Assembly (NCBI GenBank): GCA_965240325.2
Contig: OZ251225.1
Location: forward strand, 1,922,001 to 1,986,000
DNA length: 64,000 nt
Source of the DNA: Rebecca billardiae RCC1528
Taxonomy: Eukaryota > Protista > Haptophyta
Direction of reading: 5' to 3'
Part shown: positions 59,201 through 64,000 of the stretch, piece by piece
Position numbering within the stretch: position 1 is the stretch's first letter
Layout: every line of letters starts with the position of its first letter
The notes under the pieces: model-generated
The model's database searches: none
What the model was told of the DNA's origin: nothing
The model's input: only the letters and a program-made list of their open reading frames with translations
Program-made: the position numbers and the translations under genes

Positions 59201-59733
59201 CTCGCGCCGAGGTGCGCGCGCAGGCACGAGCGCATGTGCTCGAGCGCGTCGGAGGCGGCGCGGCCCGAGGCATACTCCGAGCCGGCGAGGTGCATGTCGA
59301 GCACGAGCGGCAGCTCCTGCAGGTGCTCGCGCGCGCACCGCCCCAGCCCGCCCACGCCCTCTGACCAATGCGACTCGGCGGCCGCGAGCGCGTCGGCCGC
59401 GAGCGACGGAGGCGCGCCCTCGAGCGCTCCGTGGAGGCCGAGCATCGTGCGCACGTATAACGGGCGCATGACGTCGTCGTCGAGCAGGGCGATCGCGCTG
59501 AGCGCCTCGTCGCGCTCCGCGTGCCCGTCGAGCGCCGACGCCTCGGAAAGCGCGTCGTCGAGCGCGCGCATCAGCGCGGCGCGAGCCTCCCCCGCGGCCG
59601 GCGCGTCGCGGTGGTCTGTGTCGCTCTGCAGCAGGCACGCGAGGATCGGACCGTCCAGCGCGCGGCCGCCCAGGGCGAGCCGCACCGCGCGCAGCCGCTT
59701 GAGCCTTGCTGTTGCGTCCGCCGTCGTCTCCAT
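53404..59733 (-). CDS. ~2100-aa multidomain protein: J-domain-like, coiled coils, (GR)n, UBA-like, Tudor, Pelle/IRAK-like kinase, C3HC4 RING
   Basis: LHPDKGG; GRGRGRGR; LAEFTGRPLDECRKAYFAHGLDVEQAAAALL; EALY...WHRATV...SYDDYEG; YDELTRATANW...GRGGSS, AVKR, HKDVKSLNVLLD, DAGLAR, GTPGYQPPE, SDCYALGVVLLELATG; CHVC...PCRHQCLCAEC...CPLCR. Extreme C-terminus uncertain. Confidence 0.88.
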
Positions 59734-60807
59734 CGCCGCCGAGCCCAAGTGCGAGGTGCTCCAGCGCGGCTTCCAAGACAGCTGTCCAAGAAGCCGGATG
59801 AGAAGGCCGCGTGCGCATGCAATTAGTTTGAATGCAGCCAATCAGCGGCGCGCGCAGCACCGGCGCGAGATTGCATCTGGCACGGTGGTGCCATCTCATT
59901 CGACCACACCGATTGTCGAATGAGATGAGTTTCGGCGTCGGGCCCGCCGGCCCGGTCGGGCCCGGCGCCGGGACGGTCCGGGACCCTGCGGGTCGTCGGC
60001 TCGTCGCTCGTCGGCTCCGGCGCCCCATGGCCATGCTGATGAGAATCAGCAGATGCCGGCGCGCCCGCGCTAGCAGCCTGCAGCCTCCATTATCTTACTG
60101 CAGCCAGTGCCACGGCCTCACTGTATTGACCAAAGAAATGAACCGTAATCCGTATGACGAGCGTCGAGCGACTGCAGGTTATTGCTGCAGCTGACCTGGC
60201 GCCGCTTCAATTCTAAGTAAGCCGCATGGCGTCACCGCGAAGCATATGACGACATATGTTCACAGCAGCTGCCTGCTGCGGCTGAGTACGGTAGTAGCTA
60301 CCGAGTTACAGTTTCAACGGCATTGTCGGACTCTCAGCACACTAGTTACTGATGCATACGACGGCATTAATTGAGCCAGTGATCGGAATGAGTAGTGACA
60401 CAGGCATAGGCCGGTCGGACCGTCTATTAATATCCGCCATCCCGTCCGGAGGACTTCACTCGGTCAATCAAACGTACTCGCTATAGGTACTTACATCGTC
60501 AAGCAGACGCAGTTTATTCTTGACGACGTCGTACGTGATCGCCAATGGCGATGGCCGACTGGCAGACTAATTATTTATAACTACGGAGTTCCGGGACCGG
60601 GCGACATGGCAGACTCTGAAATCGCGATGTGCCGCACCGTAGTCCGTATTCTAGTACTCGGTACCGTGCCGCAGTGCTGCTACGCGCGCGACTGCCCGCG
60701 TCGCGCAGAATGAGAAGTGCCGGCATTATTATTCGTCAGAGGAGAGTAGCTCACTCAACTAGTCAGATGCCCCGCGACGCGATAGCTATGACGCATAATG
60801 ATCGAGT

Positions 60808-60956
<149 letters not shown>

Positions 60957-61125
60957 GCTACTAAGTTGCGCGGGGTCGTCCACGAGTCGCATCGTCGTCA
61001 CCACTGATCTAGTAGTCATGATCTCTGTTAATTAAGCAAAGCTGGTCACGAGACGGGCACGGGGCAAAGGCGACGCCGCGACGACTGCCTGACTCAGTTC
61101 GATCACTGCCAGCTACTGCTGCTAG

Positions 61126-61231
61126 TACAGTTTACTAAGAATAAGAGACGCACACAGTCGCTCAGGCAGGCGAGATCATTGTCGACCGCCAACTGTCATC
61201 GGCACCGCCCATGAAGCCGTCGCCGATGGTA
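61126..61231 (+). mobile_element. Family C copy (reaches the foldback target without the insertion)
   Basis: TACAGTTTACTAAGAATAAGAGACGCACAC...ATGAAGCCGTCGCCGATGGTA. Confidence 0.75.
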
Positions 61232-61429
61232 CAGTAGTTACTCAGTGAGTCAAGTAATCGTCTGAACTCGTTCGGAGCGTGAGCGTCGGGCAGACCACCG
61301 GCCCGCGAGTATTATTTATTCGACGACGATATATTTTTCGATATCATGTCGAATACGTCCAGCGAAGCCTACCGTGTCCGTGACCAGCCGCTCAGATATA
61401 AGCCTCACGCGGAGTACAATCTAACAATG

Positions 61430-61458
61430 ATATATATATATATTAATATATATATATA

Positions 61459-61492
<34 letters not shown>

Positions 61493-61770
61493 CGACGTGG
61501 TATGCAACGGGCAGGCGTCAGAGTCAGCAAGCTGTAGCAGCAGATCGAGCAGCAGAGACAAACACCAGGATCAGCGCTCCTCGCCGTCGTCCCCCCCCCT
61601 CGTAGTCGCCCATCACTCCATCGCCGAGCGGAAGCTCGACGCACCGTCTGGCGTCGACGCGCGCGCGCCACCGCGTCCGCGGTGGTCGCGGTGCCATCAC
61701 GCGTCGTCAGCCGTCGTCTCGAAGTAGTCGTCGTATGCAGCGCCCCCGCGGGCGCGTGCCCCCGGGCGCA
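61430..61770 (-). mobile_element. Family E copy 2 with (TA)n tract
   Basis: 61489-61770 matches 10196-10496; (TA)n at 61430-61490. Confidence 0.75.
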
Positions 61771-62449
61771 CGTGCGCCATGCGCGCGCGGGCGATGAGCA
61801 TCTTGGCCATATATATTAATTTAATAATAATAATAATCATAAATAATATGAACAAAACTACTACCCGTACCGTTTAATCGTCAGCAGACGACATAATGAA
61901 TTCATAATAATGAATTCATTTAATGATGAGGAGGACTGCGCAGACGCGCAGGACTGCAGAGTGCAGGACTGAACATGATTAACCATTACGTACCAGTCAC
62001 CGCCCGGCGAGCAATCTGCCATCTGGCATCTGCAATGATACGGTCGGCGGCCGCCCCCTCACTACAGTCACAGACACGGAGATGACGCTCGGACGGACGG
62101 CTGCTCATTGATGTCGGCACATGGAAGTATACACGGGTCGTGCGGCCACGACGCTCTGTGCGCCCATCTAGCCCTCACCCCGGGGCAGCGGGCCCCATCG
62201 ACCCGCTCTGGGGGCGCCTGCCCTGCCTGCCTCGCCGCGGCACCTCCTACTGAGCTGCGCGGCTGGCGATGGTTCGGCCGGTGGTCGCGGCCTCAGCACC
62301 GCCAGACAGAGCGAGCGTGTGGAGGCGCGGCAGCGGGAGGTACCCTGCGCGGAGGCGGCGGGTAGGCGCGGTGCGCAGGCGCAGCCCGGAGGCCGCGCGC
62401 GCTGCGCGCCTGTCCGAGGGCGCAGCGGCGCCACCCGCTCCGCCCTGCC

Positions 62450-62962
62450 TCATTGTAGCCGCTTGCGCTTCAGCATCGCCGCCGCACTCGCCGCGTTCGG
62501 GGAGGGCTCGCACTCGCTCCAGCCGAACTTGTGCTTCTTGACGCAGCTGTCGAAGGCGCTGTCGGTCGCGTTGCGCCCCGCCTCGCTCAGGTGCCGCCGT
62601 CCCCGCCCGGCAGATGGTCCGGCCTTGAGCCGCTTTGTCAGCTGCTGCACAATGTCGACCGTGCCCAGGCCCTCCCCGCGCAGTCGCGCAATCTCCTCCC
62701 ACAGGAGGAGGGTGCGCTCAGCCTGGTCGGCTGTGAAGCCAGTGCGCTGCATCACCGGCTCGAGGCGCTCCATGCGCTCCCCTGCTGAGTGGCTCTCCGG
62801 CTCGGCCGTGAGCAGGCGGTCGATGAGCGAGCACGATGCATCGCGCGCGTCGTACCCGTCGGCCTCGAGCAGCTTGAGCTGCTCGTGCCCTGCGCGGTCG
62901 AAGAGGGCATGCGCCTGCTGGAGCGACGCCCCCTCGTCGCCCTCCACCTCGTCGTGCTGCAT
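62450..62962 (-). CDS. 170-aa hypothetical protein with UBA-like helical segment and C-terminal KRKR
   Basis: ATG start, GC3-biased codons, TGFTADQAERTLLL, terminal MLKRKRLQ. Confidence 0.6.
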   Translation of the reverse strand: MQHDEVEGDEGASLQQAHALFDRAGHEQLKLLEADGYDARDASCSLIDRLLTAEPESHSAGERMERLEPVMQRTGFTADQAERTLLLWEEIARLRGEGLGTVDIVQQLTKRLKAGPSAGRGRRHLSEAGRNATDSAFDSCVKKHKFGWSECEPSPNAASAAAMLKRKRLQ

Positions 62963-63490
62963 TGACTCCCACAGGCTGCCGGTGGGGGCTCCTCCGCGCC
63001 GGGTTGATGGCCGCCCTGGCCCGGTTGCTCCCTTGCCCCTTCACACAGCGTTGGGGCCCGCCTCTCCCCTGCGCGCCCTGGCTCTCGTGGCGGAGGGGCG
63101 AGCTGCGACTCACGAGCGTTGGTCGCTGGCGTCCGGCTCCTGACCACTCTCAACTCGGTCAGGACTCCGGGATTTGACGTCCGCGACTCCGACGATGCAT
63201 GACATTCTCCGCATGCGCCCCACGACACGGCTCGCTGCAGTCTTGGCGGTGCAGAGGAACCCACAGGAGATGCCCCGTTGGCGAGAGGCAGGCTGCACGG
63301 ATCAGCCTCGGTCGGCGTGCACCGAGCGGGTTGGCTGCCGACAAGAGCCCTGACAGACACGTATCATAAGCCATCATCGCAGAAACGCCGCCTAGTGGTA
63401 CGCCCGCCGCCACGGCACTCAGCCACTCTAGCGACGGCCTGTCGTTTCGGTGATGCCGCGGTCACGGTGCGACTAGTAGAGCTAAGAGCA

Positions 63491-63768
63491 GCGATGGACT
63501 CCTTTTGATCGAGGTACTCTCGCTCACCTAGTCGTCGTCGCGCAAGGCCGGCCGGTCGCAACGGCACTCTACGGCTCACCGTTAACGGAGTACGGACTGC
63601 GGTCACGGCGGGTGAGCCTGACGCGGGCCGACCGGCCGAGTACGGCGGTATCAAGTCGTAACACTGAGTGCCATGCTGAAACATGAAACAGCGCGGTGCC
63701 GCGGTACTCTCGCCTTGACTCATTACTGGCCGCTGACTCGGACTGAGTGAGTAAGAGTTTAGGGCGCA
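63491..63768 (-). repeat. Repeat D, copy 2 (upstream of the 170-aa gene)
   Basis: Reverse complement of 49045-49320. Confidence 0.9.
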
Positions 63769-64000
63769 CGTGCCGCACGGCCTGCTTCCACGGGCACGGT
63801 GACGGTCTGTCCACTCGGCCACTGAGTACTCACTCCTGCCACTCGCCAGCCCCGCCCGCCGCCCGCCGGCCCGCCCGCCGCCGTCTCAGTCTACAGTGCG
63901 CGCGCCTCGAAGCAGCGCGCAGGTGCGAGCGGCGCGTCCGCTGTCTGTCTGCTGACGCCCATCAGAACCAGCAGTGTGCTCATCACCTCTTGAGCATGCT

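Overview
Very GC-rich eukaryotic nuclear DNA with GT-AG introns, most likely a haptophyte-type alga (inferred from a bipartite plastid-targeted POR; Pavlovales-like, not proven). Gene islands: a secreted RCC1-repeat protein with a long Ser-Pro stalk (runs off the left edge), ARL16 and an F-box gene head-to-head, a multi-pass membrane protein, light-dependent protochlorophyllide reductase and an FGGY sugar kinase. Next comes a compact intronless block of glycan-modifying genes: sulfotransferase, ATP-grasp ligase, a disrupted methyltransferase-FkbM-2xDUF229 gene and a GT92-like transferase. Further right are a LAMMER kinase, two tandem paralogues of a membrane-anchored Cys-rich precursor, a DHX34 relic, an EsV-1-7 repeat ORF, a ~2100-aa J/UBA/Tudor/Pelle-kinase/RING protein and a small UBA-like ORF. 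Between islands lie LINE 3' ends, long-TIR foldback elements, a repeat family with one conserved end (TACAGTTTACTA), gene-fragment mosaics and many short templated insertions. Best candidates for an undescribed system: (1) the tandem Cys-rich precursors, with hypervariable 5-Cys + 5-Cys mature domains between conserved RxL-type linkers; (2) the putative glycan-decoration cluster; (3) the multidomain Pelle-kinase/RING protein. All domain calls are by eye from motifs; no searches were run.
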